Translations under genes and position numbers: made by a program
Shown: piece by piece, positions 13,501-53,069 of the stretch
How the letters are laid out: the number at the start of each line of letters is the position of its first letter
Numbering within the stretch: position 1 is the first letter of the stretch
The notes under the pieces: model-generated
What the model saw: only the letters and a program-made list of their open reading frames with translations
Databases searched by the model: none
What the model was told of the DNA's origin: nothing
Assembly (NCBI GenBank): GCA_032718475.1
Contig: JAUCBJ010001551.1
Span: 62,001-126,000, forward strand
Length of the DNA: 64,000 nt
Direction of reading: 5' to 3'
Origin: Nemertoderma westbladi
Lineage: Eukaryota; Animalia; Xenacoelomorpha

Positions 13501-16500
13501 ACCTCTCTTCTCTATATTTGTTTCAGGTAATTCGAACTGCGCACATTCGTACATCTCTTCTCTATATTTGTCTCACGTAATTCGAACTGCGCACATTCGT
13601 ACATCTCTTCTCTATATTTGTCTCACGTAATTCGAACTGCGCACATTCGTACCTCTCTTCTCTATATTTGTCTCACGTAATTCGAACTGCGCACATTCGT
13701 ACCTCTCTTCTCTATATTTGTCTCACGTAATTCGAACTGCGCACATTCGTACTTCTCTTCTCTATATTTGTCTCAGGTAATTCGAACTGCGCACATTCGT
13801 ACCTCTCTTCTCTATATTTGTCTCACGTAATTCGAACTGCGCACATTCGTACCTCTCTTCTCTATATTTGTCTCACGTAATTCGAACTGCGCACATTCGT
13901 ACTTCTCTTCTCTATATTTGTCTCAGGTAATTCGAACTGCGCACATTCGTACCTCTCTTCTCTATATTTGTCTCACGTAATTCGAACTGCGCACATTCGT
14001 ACCTCTCTTCTCTATATTTGTCTCACGTAATTCGAACTGCGCACATTCGTACCTCTCTTCTCTATATTTGTCTCACGTAATTCGAACTGCGCACATTCGT
14101 ACCTCTCTTCTCTATATTTGTCTCACGTAATTCGAACTGCGCACATTCGCACTTCTCTTCTCTATATTTGTCTCACGTAATTCGAACTGCGCACATTCGT
14201 ACTTCTCTTCTCTATATTTGTCTCAGGTAATTCGAACTGCGCACATTCGTACCTCTCTTCTCTATATTTGTCTCACGTAATTCGAACTGCGCACATTCGT
14301 ACCTCTCTTCTCTATATTTGTCTCACGTAATTCGAACTGCGCACATTCGTACCTCTCTTCTCTATATTTGTCTCACGTAATTCGAACTGCGCACATTCGC
14401 ACTTCTCTTCTCTATATTTGTCTCACGTAATTCGAACTGCGCACATTCGTACTTCTCTTCTCTATATTTGTCTCAGGTAATTCGAACTGCGCACATTCGT
14501 ACCTCTCTTCTCTATATTTGTCTCACGTAATTCGAACTGCGCACATTCGTACCTCTCTTCTCTATATTTGTCTCACGTAATTCGAACTGCGCACATTCGT
14601 ACCTCTCTTCTCTATATTTGTCTCACGTAATTCGAACTGCGCACATTCGTACCTCTCTTCTCTATATTTGTCTCACGTAATTCGAACTGCGCACATTCGT
14701 ACATCTCTTCTCTATATTTGTCTCACGTAATTCGAACTGCGCACATTCGTACCTCTCTTCTCTATATTTGTCTCACGTAATTCGAACTGCGCACATTCGT
14801 ACTTCTCTTCTCTATATTTGTCTCAGGTAATTCGAACTGCGCACATTCGTACTTCTCTTCTCTATATTTGTCTCAGGTAATTCGAACTGCGCACATTCGT
14901 ACCTCTCTTCTCTATATTTGTCTCACGTAATTCGAACTGCGCACATTCGTACCTCTCTTCTCTATATTTGTCTCACGTAATTCGAACTGCGCACATTCGT
15001 ACCTCTCTTCTCTATATTTGTCTCACGTAATTCGAACTGCGCACATTCGTACCTCTCTTCTCTATATTTGTCTCACGTAATTCGAACTGCGCACATTCGT
15101 ACTTCTCTTCTCTATATTTGTCTCAGGTAATTCGAACTGCGCACATTCGTACATCTCTTCTCTATATTTGTCTCACGTAATTCGAACTGCGCACATTCGT
15201 ACTTCTCTTCTCTATATTTGTCTCAGGTAATTCGAACTGCGCACATTCGTACCTCTCTTCTCTATATTTGTCTCACGTAATTCGAACTGCGCACATTCGT
15301 ACCTCTCTTCTCTATATTTGTCTCACGTAATTCGAACTGCGCACATTCGTACTTCTCTTCTCTATATTTGTCTCAGGTAATTCGAACTGCGCACATTCGT
15401 ACCTCTCTTCTCTATATTTGTCTCAGGTAATTCGAACTGCGCACATTCGTACCTCTCTTCTCTATATTTGTCTCACGTAATTCGAACTGCGCACATTCGT
15501 ACCTCTCTTCTCTATATTTGTCTCACGTAATTCGAACTGCGCACATTCGTACCTCTCTTCTCTATATTTGTCTCACGTAATTCGAACTGCGCACATTCGT
15601 ACATCTCTTCTCTATATTTGTCTCACGTAATTCGAACTGCGCACATTCGTACCTCTCTTCTCTATATTTGTCTCAGGTAATTCGAACTGCGCACATTCGT
15701 ACTTCTCTTCTCTATATTTCTCTCACGTAATTCGAACTGCGCACATTCGTACCTCTCTTCTCTATATTTTTCTCACGTAATTCGAACTGCGCACATTCGT
15801 ACATCTCTTCTCTATATTTGTCTCACGTAATTCGAACTGCGCACATTCGTACATCTCTTCTCTATATTTGTCTCACGTAATTCGAACTGCGCACATTCGT
15901 ACCTCTCTTCTCTATATTTGTCTCACGTAATTCGAACTGCGCACATTCGTACTTCTCTTCTCTATATTTGTCTCAGGTAATTCGAACTGCGCACATTCGT
16001 ACCTCTCTTCTCTATATTTGTCTCACGTAATTCGAACTGCGCACATTCGTACCTCTCTTCTCTATATTTGTCTCACGTAATTCGAACTGCGCACATTCGT
16101 ACTTCTCTTCTCTATATTTGTCTCAGGTAATTCGAACTGCGCACATTCGTACCTCTCTTCTCTATATTTGTCTCACGTAATTCGAACTGCGCACATTCGT
16201 ACCTCTCTTCTCTATATTTGTCTCACGTAATTCGAACTGCGCACATTCGTACCTCTCTTCTCTATATTTGTCTCACGTAATTCGAACTGCGCACATTCGT
16301 ACCTCTCTTCTCTATATTTGTCTCACGTAATTCGAACTGCGCACATTCGTACCTCTCTTCTCTATATTTGTCTCACGTAATTCGAACTGCGCACATTCGT
16401 ACTTCTCTTCTCTATATTTGTCTCACGTAATTCGAACTGCGCACATTCGTACCTCTCTTCTCTATATTTGTCTCACGTAATTCGAACTGCGCACATTCGT

Positions 16501-19500
16501 ACCTCTCTTCTCTATATTTGTCTCACGTAATTCGAACTGCGCACATTCGTACCTCTCTTCTCTATATTTGTCTCACGTAATTCGAACTGCGCACATTCGT
16601 ACTTCTCTTCTCTATATTTGTCTCACGTAATTCGAACTGCGCACATTCGTACCTCTCTTCTCTATATTTGTCTCACGTAATTCGAACTGCGCACATTCGT
16701 ACCTCTCTTCTCTATATTTGCTCCTCACGTAATTCGAACTGCGCACATTCGTACTTCTCTTCTCTATATTTGTCTCACGTAATTCGAACTGCGCACATTC
16801 GTACTTCTCTTCTCTATATTTGTCTCACGTAATTCGAACTGCGCACATTCGTACATCTCTTCTCTATATTTGTCTCACGTAATTCGAACTGCGCACATTC
16901 GTACCTCTCTTCTCTATATTTGTCTCACGTAATTCGAACTGCGCACATTCGTACCTCTCTTCTCTATATTTGTCTCACGTAATTCGAACTGCGCACATTC
17001 GTACCTCTCTTCTCTATATTTGTCTCACGTAATTCGAACTGCGCACATTCGTACTTCTCTTCTCTATATTTGTCTCACGTAATTCGAACTGCGCACATTC
17101 GTACTTCTCTTCTCTATATTTGTCTCACGTAATTCGAACTGCGCACATTCGTACCTCTCTTCTCTATATTTGTCTCACGTAATTCGAACTGCGCACATTC
17201 GTACCTCTCTTCTCTATATTTGTCTCACGTAATTCGAACTGCGCACATTCGTACTTCTCTTCTCTATATTTGTCTCACGTAATTCGAACTGCGCACATTC
17301 GTACTTCTCTTCTCTATATTTGTCTCACGTAATTCGAACTGCGCACATTCGTACTTCTCTTCTCTATATTTGTCTCACGTAATTCGAACTGCGCACATTC
17401 GTACCTCTCTTCTCTATATTTGTCTCACGTAATTCGAACTGCGCACATTCGTACTTCTCTTCTCTATATTTGTCTCACGTAATTCGAACTGCGCACATTC
17501 GTACCTCTCTTCTCTATATTTGTCTCACGTAATTCGAACTGCGCACATTCGTACTTCTCTTCTCTATATTTGTCTCACGTAATTCGAACTGCGCACATTC
17601 GTACCTCTCTTCTCTATATTTGTCTCACGTAATTCGAACTGCGCACATTCGTACCTCTCTTCTCTATATTTGTCTCACGTAATTCGAACTGCGCACATTC
17701 GTACCTCTCTTCTCTATATTTGTCTCACGTAATTCGAACTGCGCACATTCGTACCTCTCTTCTCTATATTTGTCTCACGTAATTCGAACTGCGCACATTC
17801 GTACTTCTCTTCTCTATATTTGTCTCACGTAATTCGAACTGCGCACATTCGTACCTCTCTTCTCTATATTTGTCTCACGTAATTCGAACTGCGCACATTC
17901 GTACTTCTCTTCTCTATATTTGTCTCACGTAATTCGAACTGCGCACATTCGTACTTCTCTTCTCTATATTTGTCTCACGTAATTCGAACTGCGCACATTC
18001 GTACTTCTCTTCTCTATATTTGTCTCACGTAATTCGAACTGCGCACATTCGTACTTCTCTTCTCTATATTTGTCTCACGTAATTCGAACTGCGCACATTC
18101 GTACTTCTCTTCTCTATATTTGTCTCACGTAATTCGAACTGCGCACATTCGTACCTCTCTTCTCTATATTTGTCTCACGTAATTCGAACTGCGCACATTC
18201 GTACTTCTCTTCTCTATATTTGTCTCACGTAATTCGAACTGCGCACATTCGTACTTCTCTTCTCTATATTTGTCTCACGTAATTCGAACTGCGCACATTC
18301 GTACTTCTCTTCTCTATATTTGTCTCACGTAATTCGAACTGCGCACATTCGTACCTCTCTTCTCTATATTTGTCTCACGTAATTCGAACTGCGCACATTC
18401 GTACTTCTCTTCTCTATATTTGTCTCACGTAATTCGAACTGCGCACATTCGTACCTCTCTTCTCTATATTTGTCTCACGTAATTCGAACTGCGCACATTC
18501 GTACCTCTCTTCTCTATATTTGTCTCACGTAATTCGAACTGCGCACATTCGTACCTCTCTTCTCTATATTTGTCTCACGTAATTCGAACTGCGCACATTC
18601 GTACCTCTCTTCTCTATATTTGTCTCACGTAATTCGAACTGCGCACATTCGTACTTCTCTTCTCTATATTTGTCTCACGTAATTCGAACTGCGCACATTC
18701 GTACCTCTCTTCTCTATATTTGTCTCACGTAATTCGAACTGCGCACATTCGTACTTCTCTTCTCTATATTTGTCTCACGTAATTCGAACTGCGCACATTC
18801 GTACCTCTCTTCTCTATATTTGTCTCACGTAATTCGAACTGCGCACATTCGTACCTCTCTTCTCTATATTTGTCTCACGTAATTCGAACTGCGCACATTC
18901 GTACCTCTCTTCTCTATATTTGTCTCACGTAATTCGAACTGCGCACATTCGTACTTCTCTTCTCTATATTTGTCTCACGTAATTCGAACTGCGCACATTC
19001 GTACCTCTCTTCTCTATATTTGTCTCACGTAATTCGAACTGCGCACATTCGTACTTCTCTTCTCTATATTTGTCTCACGTAATTCGAACTGCGCACATTC
19101 GTACCTCTCTTCTCTATATTTGTCTCACGTAATTCGAACTGCGCACATTCGTACCTCTCTTCTCTATATTTGTCTCACGTAATTCGAACTGCGCACATTC
19201 GTACTTCTCTTCTCTATATTTGTCTCACGTAATTCGAACTGCGCACATTCGTACTTCTCTTCTCTATATTTGTCTCACGTAATTCGAACTGCGCACATTC
19301 GTACTTCTCTTCTCTATATTTGTCTCACGTAATTCGAACTGCGCACATTCGTACCTCTCTTCTCTATATTTGTCTCACGTAATTCGAACTGCGCACATTC
19401 GTACCTCTCTTCTCTATATTTGTCTCACGTAATTCGAACTGCGCACATTCGTACCTCTCTTCTCTATATTTGTCTCACGTAATTCGAACTGCGCACATTC

Positions 19501-22500
19501 GTACCTCTCTTCTCTATATTTGTCTCACGTAATTCGAACTGCGCACATTCGTACCTCTCTTCTCTATATTTGTCTCACGTAATTCGAACTGCGCACATTC
19601 GTACCTCTCTTCTCTATATTTGTCTCACGTAATTCGAACTGCGCACATTCGTACCTCTCTTCTCTATATTTGTCTCACGTAATTCGAACTGCGCACATTC
19701 GTACCTCTCTTCTCTATATTTGTCTCACGTAATTCGAACTGCGCACATTCGTACCTCTCTTCTCTATATTTGTCTCACGTAATTCGAACTGCGCACATTC
19801 GTACTTCTCTTCTCTATATTTGTCTCACGTAATTCGAACTGCGCACATTCGTACCTCTCTTCTCTATATTTGTCTCACGTAATTCGAACTGCGCACATTC
19901 GTACTTCTCTTCTCTATATTTGTCTCACGTAATTCGAACTGCGCACATTCGTACCTCTCTTCTCTATATTTGTCTCACGTAATTCGAACTGCGCACATTC
20001 GTACCTCTCTTCTCTATATTTGTCTCACGTAATTCGAACTGCGCACATTCGTACCTCTCTTCTCTATATTTGTCTCACGTAATTCGAACTGCGCACATTC
20101 GTACCTCTCTTCTCTATATTTGTCTCACGTAATTCGAACTGCGCACATTCGTACCTCTCTTCTCTATATTTGTCTCACGTAATTCGAACTGCGCACATTC
20201 GTACCTCTCTTCTCTATATTTGTCTCACGTAATTCGAACTGCGCACATTCGTACTTCTCTTCTCTATATTTGTCTCACGTAATTCGAACTGCGCACATTC
20301 GTACCTCTCTTCTCTATATTTGTCTCACGTAATTCGAACTGCGCACATTCGTACCTCTCTTCTCTATATTTGTCTCACGTAATTCGAACTGCGCACATTC
20401 GTACCTCTCTTCTCTATATTTGTCTCACGTAATTCGAACTGCGCACATTCGTACTTCTCTTCTCTATATTTGTCTCACGTAATTCGAACTGCGCACATTC
20501 GTACTTCTCTTCTCTATATTTGTCTCACGTAATTCGAACTGCGCACATTCGTACCTCTCTTCTCTATATTTGTCTCACGTAATTCGAACTGCGCACATTC
20601 GTACCTCTCTTCTCTATATTTGTCTCACGTAATTCGAACTGCGCACATTCGTACCTCTCTTCTCTATATTTGTCTCACGTAATTCGAACTGCGCACATTC
20701 GTACCTCTCTTCTCTATATTTGTCTCACGTAATTCGAACTGCGCACATTCGTACTTCTCTTCTCTATATTTGTCTCACGTAATTCGAACTGCGCACATTC
20801 GTACCTCTCTTCTCTATATTTGTCTCACGTAATTCGAACTGCGCACATTCGTACCTCTCTTCTCTATATTTGTCTCACGTAATTCGAACTGCGCACATTC
20901 GTACCTCTCTTCTCTATATTTGTCTCACGTAATTCGAACTGCGCACATTCGTACCTCTCTTCTCTATATTTGTCTCACGTAATTCGAACTGCGCACATTC
21001 GTACTTCTCTTCTCTATATTTGTCTCACGTAATTCGAACTGCGCACATTCGTACCTCTCTTCTCTATATTTGTCTCACGTAATTCGAACTGCGCACATTC
21101 GTACTTCTCTTCTCTATATTTGTCTCACGTAATTCGAACTGCGCACATTCGTACTTCTCTTCTCTATATTTGTCTCACGTAATTCGAACTGCGCACATTC
21201 GTACCTCTCTTCTCTATATTTGTCTCACGTAATTCGAACTGCGCACATTCGTACTTCTCTTCTCTATATTTGTCTCACGTAATTCGAACTGCGCACATTC
21301 GTACTTCTCTTCTCTATATTTGTCTCACGTAATTCGAACTGCGCACATTCGTACTTCTCTTCTCTATATTTGTCTCACGTAATTCGAACTGCGCACATTC
21401 GTACTTCTCTTCTCTATATTTGTCTCACGTAATTCGAACTGCGCACATTCGTACTTCTCTTCTCTATATTTGTCTCACGTAATTCGAACTGCGCACATTC
21501 GTACCTCTCTTCTCTATATTTGTCTCACGTAATTCGAACTGCGCACATTCGTACTTCTCTTCTCTATATTTGTCTCACGTAATTCGAACTGCGCACATTC
21601 GTACCTCTCTTCTCTATATTTGTCTCACGTAATTCGAACTGCGCACATTCGTACTTCTCTTCTCTATATTTGTCTCACGTAATTCGAACTGCGCACATTC
21701 GTACTTCTCTTCTCTATATTTGTCTCACGTAATTCGAACTGCGCACATTCGTACCTCTCTTCTCTATATTTGTCTCACGTAATTCGAACTGCGCACATTC
21801 GTACCTCTCTTCTCTATATTTGTTTCAGGTAATTCGAACTGCGCACATTCGTACTTCTCTTCTCTATATTTGTCTCACGTAATTCGAACTGCGCACATTC
21901 GTACCTCTCTTCTCTATATTTGTCTCACGTAATTCGAACTGCGCACATTCGTACCTCTCTTCTCTATATTTGTCTCACGTAATTCGAACTGCGCACATTC
22001 GTACCTCTCTTCTCTATATTTGTCTCACGTAATTCGGATTGCGCACATTCGTACCTCTCTTCTCTATATTTGTCTCAGGTAATTCGAACTGCGCACATTC
22101 GTACCTCTCTTCTCTATATTTGTCTCACGTAATTCGAACTGTGCACATTCGTACATCTCTTCTCTATATTTGTCTCACGTAATTCGAACTGCGCACATTC
22201 GTACATCTCTTCTCTATATTTGTCTCACGTAATTCGAACTGCGCACATTCGTACTTCTCTTCTCTATATTTGTCTCACGTAATTCGAACTGCGCACATTC
22301 GTACTTCTCTTCTCTATATTTGTCTCACGTAATTCGAACTGCGCACATTCGTACCTCTCTTCTCTATATTTGTCTCACGTAATTCGAACTGCGCACATTC
22401 GCACTTCTCTTCTCTATATTTGTCTCACGTAATTCGAACTGCGCACATTCGTACCTCTCTTCTCTATATTTGTCTCACGTAATTCGAACTGCGCACATTC

Positions 22501-24873
22501 GCACTTCTCTTCTCTATATTTGTCTCACGTAATTCGAACTGCGCACATTCGTACTTCTCTTCTCTATATTTGTCTCACGTAATTCGAACTGCGCACATTC
22601 GTACCTCTCTTCTCTATATTTGTCTCACGTAATTCGAACTGCGCACATTCGTACCTCTCTTCTCTATATTTGTCTCACGTAATTCGAACTGCGCACATTC
22701 GTACCTCTCTTCTCTATATTTGTTTCAGGTAATTCGAACTGCGCACATTCGTACTTCTCTTCTCTATATTTGTCTCACGTAATTCGAACTGCGCACATTC
22801 GTACCTCTCTTCTCTATATTTGTCTCACGTAATTCGAACTGCGCACATTCGTACTTCTCTTCTCTATATTTGTCTCACGTAATTCGAACTGCGCACATTC
22901 GTACCTCTCTTCTCTATATTTGTCTCACGTAATTCGAACTGCGCACATTCGCACTTCTCTTCTCTATATTTGTCTCACGTAATTCGAACTGCGCACATTC
23001 GTACTTCTCTTCTCTATATTTGTCTCACGTAATTCGAACTGCGCACATTCGTACCTCTCTTCTCTATATTTGTCTCACGTAATTCGAACTGCGCACATTC
23101 GTACCTCTCTTCTCTATATTTGTCTCACGTAATTCGAACTGCGCACATTCGTACTTCTCTTCTCTATATTTGTCTCACGTAATTCGAACTGCGCACATTC
23201 GTACTTCTCTTCTCTATATTTGTCTCACGTAATTCGAACTGCGCACATTCGTACCTCTCTTCTCTATATTTGTCTCACGTAATTCGAACTGCGCACATTC
23301 GCACCTCTCTTCTCTATATTTGTCTCACGTAATTCGAACTGCGCACATTCGTACCTCTCTTCTCTATATTTGTCTCACGTAATTCGAACTGCGCACATTC
23401 GTACCTCTCTTCTCTATATTTGTCTCACGTAATTCGAACTGCGCACATTCGCACTTCTCTTCTCTATATTTGTCTCAGGTAATTCGAACTGCGCATATTC
23501 GTACTTCTCTTCTCTATATTTGTCTCACGTAATTCGAACTGCGCACATTCGCACTTCTCTTCTCTATATTTGTCTCACGTAATTCGAACTGCGCACATTC
23601 GTACCTCTCTTCTCTATATTTGTCTCACGTAATTTGAACTGCGCACATTCGCACCTCTCTTCTCTATATTTGTCTCACGTAATTCGAACTGCGCACATTC
23701 GTACTTCTCTTCTCTATATTTGTCTCACGTAATTCGAACTGCGCACATTCGTACCTCTCTTCTCTATATTTGTCTCACGTAATTCGAACTGCGCACATTC
23801 GTACTTCTCTTCTCTATATTTGTCTCACGTAATTCGAACTGCGCACATTCGTACTTCTCTTCTCTATATTTGTCTCACGTAATTCGAACTGTGCACATTC
23901 GTACCTCTCTTCTCTATATTTGTCTCACGTAATTCGAACTGCGCACATTCGTACCTCTCTTCTCTATATTTGTCTCACGTAATTCGAACTGCGCACATTC
24001 GTACTTCTCTTCTCTATATTTGTCTCAGGTAATTCGAACTGCGCACATTCGTACCTCTCTTCTCTATATTTGTCTCACGTAATTCGAACTGCGCACATTC
24101 GTACTTCTCTTCTCTATATTTGTCTCAGGTAATTCGAACTGCGCACATTCGTACATCTCTTCTCTATATTTGTCTCACGTAATTCGAACTACGCACATTC
24201 GTACTTCTCTTCTCTATATTTGTCTCACGTAATTCGAACTGCGCACATTCGTACTTCTCTTCTCTATATTTGTCTCACGTAATTCGAACTGCGCACATTC
24301 GTACTTCTCTTCTCTATATTTGTCTCACGTAATTCGAACTGCGCACATTCGTACCTCTCTTCTCTATATTTGTCTCACGTAATTCGAACTGCGCACATTC
24401 GTACCTCTCTTCTCTATATTTGTCTCACGTAATTCGAACTGCGCACATTCGTACATCTCTTCTCTATATTTGTCTCACGTAATTCGAACTGCGCACATTC
24501 GTACCTCTCTTCTCTATATTTGTCTCACGTAATTCGAACTGCGCACATTCGTACCTCTCTTCTCTATATTTGTCTCACGTAATTCGAACTGCGCACATTC
24601 GTACCTCTCTTCTCTATATTTGTCTCACGTAATTCGAACTGCGCACATTCGTACCTCTCTTCTCTATATTTGTCTCACGTAATTCGAACTGCGCACATTC
24701 GTACCTCTCTTCTCTATATTTGTCTCACGTAATTCGAACTGCGCACATTCGTACCTCTCTTCTCTATATTTGTCTCACGTAATTCGAACTGCGCACATTC
24801 GTACCTCTCTTCTCTATATTTGTCTCACGTAATTCGAACTGCGCACATTCGTACCTCTCTTCTCTATATTTGT
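7530..24873. repeat. 50-bp satellite array, right arm (~347 copies)
   Basis: Same unit as 622-4440; most homogeneous at ~16.7-21.8 kb, with more variants toward the edges. Confidence 0.98.
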
Positions 24874-25189
24874 TTATGCATTTAAATCAGATAGGAAAGC
24901 TTAGCCGGGTATTCGTCATATATATGTGACGAATTTCTGATTGTACCCATATTTAATCCTGCTTACGAATTTTATTTATCTATATATATATATTATGTTA
25001 TTTAGTCTACGTTTAAGAGTTATATATTATCACTTATCAGCGATCTAAATAGTTATTGCCAAATAAACCCACACCATCGTGTCAAAGTTATATATTATGT
25101 ACGTATAATTATTTGATTCTTGCTTTCTTATTATCAACTGTAAACTTCTCGTCAAAAATATGACTTTACTATTATAACATTTATATTAC

Positions 25190-26275
25190 ATGTGGTCTAG
25201 TGGTGTCTTTCCTGGGCTTCCAATTAGGAATCCCTGGTTCGATCCCTAGATGTGGCAGCATTGTTTGGGCATAGTGCTTTAAATCTGCAGCCCTGGCTTT
25301 CGTCCTTCGGTGGTAGATAAATGGACACCAAGGCAACTTGGAAAACTTTACTGTGGAAGATCACCCATGGTGGTGAACAGGCATTCCTTTAGGAAACAAA
25401 TTGGAATGGTTTACTGTGGAAGATCGCCCATGGTAGTGAGCAGGCATTCCTTTAGGAAACAGAGTGGAAGGGTTTACTGTGGAAGATCACCCATGGTGGT
25501 GGACAGGCATTCCTTTAAGAAACAGTGTGGAAGGGTTTACTATGGAAGATCACCCATGGTGGTGAACAGGCATTCCATTGGGAAACAGAGAGGAAGAGTT
25601 TACTGTGGAAGATCACCCATGGCGGTGAACAGGCATTCCTTTAGGAAACAGAGTGGAAGGGTTTACTGTGGAAGATCACCCATGGCGGTGAACAGGCATT
25701 CCTTTGGGAAACAGTGGAAGGGTTTACTGTGGAAGATCTCCCATGGTGGTGAACAGGCATTCCTTTGGGAAACAGTGGAAGGGTTTACTGTGGAAGATCA
25801 CCCATGGTGGTGAACAGGCATTCCTTTAGGAAACAGAATGGAAGGGTTTACTGTGGATGATCACCCATGGCGGTGAACAGGCATTCCTTAAGGAAACTGA
25901 GTGTAAGGGTTTACTGTGGATGATCACCCATGGCGGTGAACAGGCATTCCTTTGGGAAACAAAGTGAAAGGGTTTACTGTGGAAGATCTCCCATGGTGGT
26001 GAACAGGCATTCCTTTGGGAAACAGTGGAAGGGTTTACTGTGGAAGATCACCCATGGTGGTGAACAGGCATTCCTTTAGGAAACAGAATGGAAGGGTTTA
26101 CTGTGGATGATCACCCATGGCGGTGAACAGGCATTCCTTAAGGAAACAGAGTGGAAGGGTTTACTGTGGAAGATCACCCATGGCGGTGAACAGGCATTCC
26201 CTCGCTTAACGAGCCTAAAAGATTCTCCCATTCCCATTCAGATAAGAAAATTAAAGCCGTCCAATTTACTTTCGT
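25190..26275 (+). mobile_element. tRNA-derived SINE (Deu/Nin-domain-like body) with internally amplified segment
   Basis: A box TGGTCTAGTGG (25193-25203), B box GGTTCGATCCC (25236-25246), then GCTTTCGTCCTTCGGTGGTAGATAAATGGACACC resembling the Deu/Nin SINE core; 3' end approximate. Confidence 0.6.
25346..26200. repeat. ~60-bp minisatellite (~14 copies)
   Basis: Unit TTTACTGTGGAAGATCACCCATGG(T/C)GGTGAACAGGCATTCCTTTAGGAAACA(GA)GTGGAAGGG; explains the repetitive 167-aa ORF. Confidence 0.95.
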
Positions 26276-27573
26276 ATTCCTATTAGTTACAATTTTAATT
26301 TCCATTACACTATTTCCCTGACATTTACGGATTTTCTGACCAAACTATCTGATACATTTTTGTCTTATTTACATTAGTAGAATCATTAGTCAATATTACA
26401 CATATACAGTACATACACCAATAGCTAAGTAGATACGGGTGTAGTTTAGTTTGCCGAAAGTAATTGGTAGGCCATAAGCGCATAAATTTAATCATTTTTC
26501 CCCTGAAACTTTCTTTCTGATATCAAATATGAAGCTGTCGGAATTCAGCAACCAATTCAATGATATTAAATTAATGAATGTCCTAAAATTTATCAAAACA
26601 TTTATGTAATGTTGTACATTCGGCAATTCACGGTAAATAGAAACCAGATGTTTGGTACGTATGATTATTTTTTATCTAATCGTATAAATATTGATCTTGT
26701 TTGATTTGGCAACTTAAACTTCAACCTTTACCTTTCTTTTTATTTAATTACAAATCATAATGATACAAATCGTTTGAACTAATTAATACATTGCATTCAA
26801 GTAACAATAACAACAATTGTAATCCATTAATTATTTAATTATTTTTCAAAGAGTGCCGGTAATGGAATATTACTTTGATATGTTACTATCGACTTTTACA
26901 GATAAATTATTTAAGGTGATTGTATTGTTTTGTACTTTAATTGTTAATTAATCTTAATTTATTTAACTGGCACGTATTGGTACAAATTCCACAGCATAAG
27001 TCAATAAAATGATTAAGTAAATGTTATTCCGAAGTCATTTAATCTGAGGCATACATTAATCGGTAGACCTTTTAAAAAAAACTTGTTAATAACTACAGTA
27101 TGCATAGTAGTCGTAGAGTCAGCACTCCATCGCCAATAATATCGGCGGCTCGCAAAGACATCCCAGATACGGCGGTTCCTGCTAAATTAACCGTATCGCA
27201 GCTGATATCGCAATGGGAGAGATGGAACGAGGTCTGTCGTATTCAGCACAAATACAGTACCATTCCTAAATCGAATCTAACTAGACCACGATCTACTCCA
27301 ATAATTACTCTTTCCAACACCAACACTGTAGATGTAGAAGCAGCCAATCAAGTTACCAGGTTTGTTGCACGCCTTGTGATTCTTGGTTTTATTCAGGATA
27401 TAAAAGTTCATACAGCACAAACACGAGTTAAAGAATTCGTAATAGACGGCCAAGTACAGTAGGTTTGAGCACAGTGGCAGCAGATGATGGTATTGGCAGG
27501 TGGGAGGCCATAAGGGGGTATATTGCTTACATACAAGGTATCCTGGTAGTGTTTCCATGTCTACCTTTTACTT

Positions 27574-27648
27574 GAGCAGCTAGCGGAATGGTTCGAGCGT
27601 CAGACTTCCAACCCGGAGGTCACCTGTTCGATCCCACCTGGACGTCAT
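27574..27648 (+). mobile_element. tRNA-derived SINE head (Pol III A/B boxes)
   Basis: TAGCGGAATGG (27581-27591) and GTTCGATCCC (27626-27635); CTTCCAA anticodon-loop-like motif shared with the 25190 SINE; stems do not pair as a real tRNA. Confidence 0.5.
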
Positions 27649-28164
27649 TGCCGACTTTGCAAACCTATGCCCTACACTCATCCACTCAAAATACCAATAA
27701 TAAATGTTGTGGTTTACTATTATTATATACTATACCTACTGTAAGAGTATATAATTCCTACAGTCAGTACCAAAACTCTATTTGGGATCTTGTTTGAACA
27801 AATTGTTGGGATAGTTCTTTTTACAGAACACAAATATCTATCCAAATTGTTGTACTCTTTTTGAAAGTGACTAGTATACTATAGTACTTCATCTAGTAGG
27901 TTAGTGGTTGATTTCAAAATAATAACTAGTTTAGTACAATTCCGTAAGTTTTAATAATAAATAACGCCGGCATGGACTAGTAAGATTGAAAACAGCAACA
28001 AGATGTGTCAAAAGATTGTGAACAACATTGTAAGGGTAAGCGGAGTGAATAAGTTTGTAAGCGTTTGAATAAGATTGTAAGTTGTGCGAATACGGTCTTC
28101 AGATATGGTGAATGAAATTGTGAACAAGGTTGAACGCTGCGTGACTAAATCTGTTTAATTGCAG

Positions 28165-53058
<24,894 letters not shown>

Positions 53059-53069
53059 TTGTCGCTTGT

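Noticed and set aside
622-24873. CRISPR-like array next to an RT gene
   Set aside because: Units are contiguous with no unique spacers; the context is eukaryotic and the RT is a LINE with a TSD.
27100-27462. 120-aa ORF
   Set aside because: No recognisable domain or splice context; likely chance.
27574-27648. tRNA-Gly gene
   Set aside because: A/B boxes are present but acceptor and anticodon stems do not pair; treated as a SINE head. A similar degenerate head at ~53725-53790 was too weak to list.
26860-28040. Candidate first coding exon of Hippo
   Set aside because: Exon A needs a phase-2 donor. ATGGACTA|gtaag (~27972) would create TAG, others are phase 0, and ATGATTAA|gtaaat (~27009) fits but has no other support.
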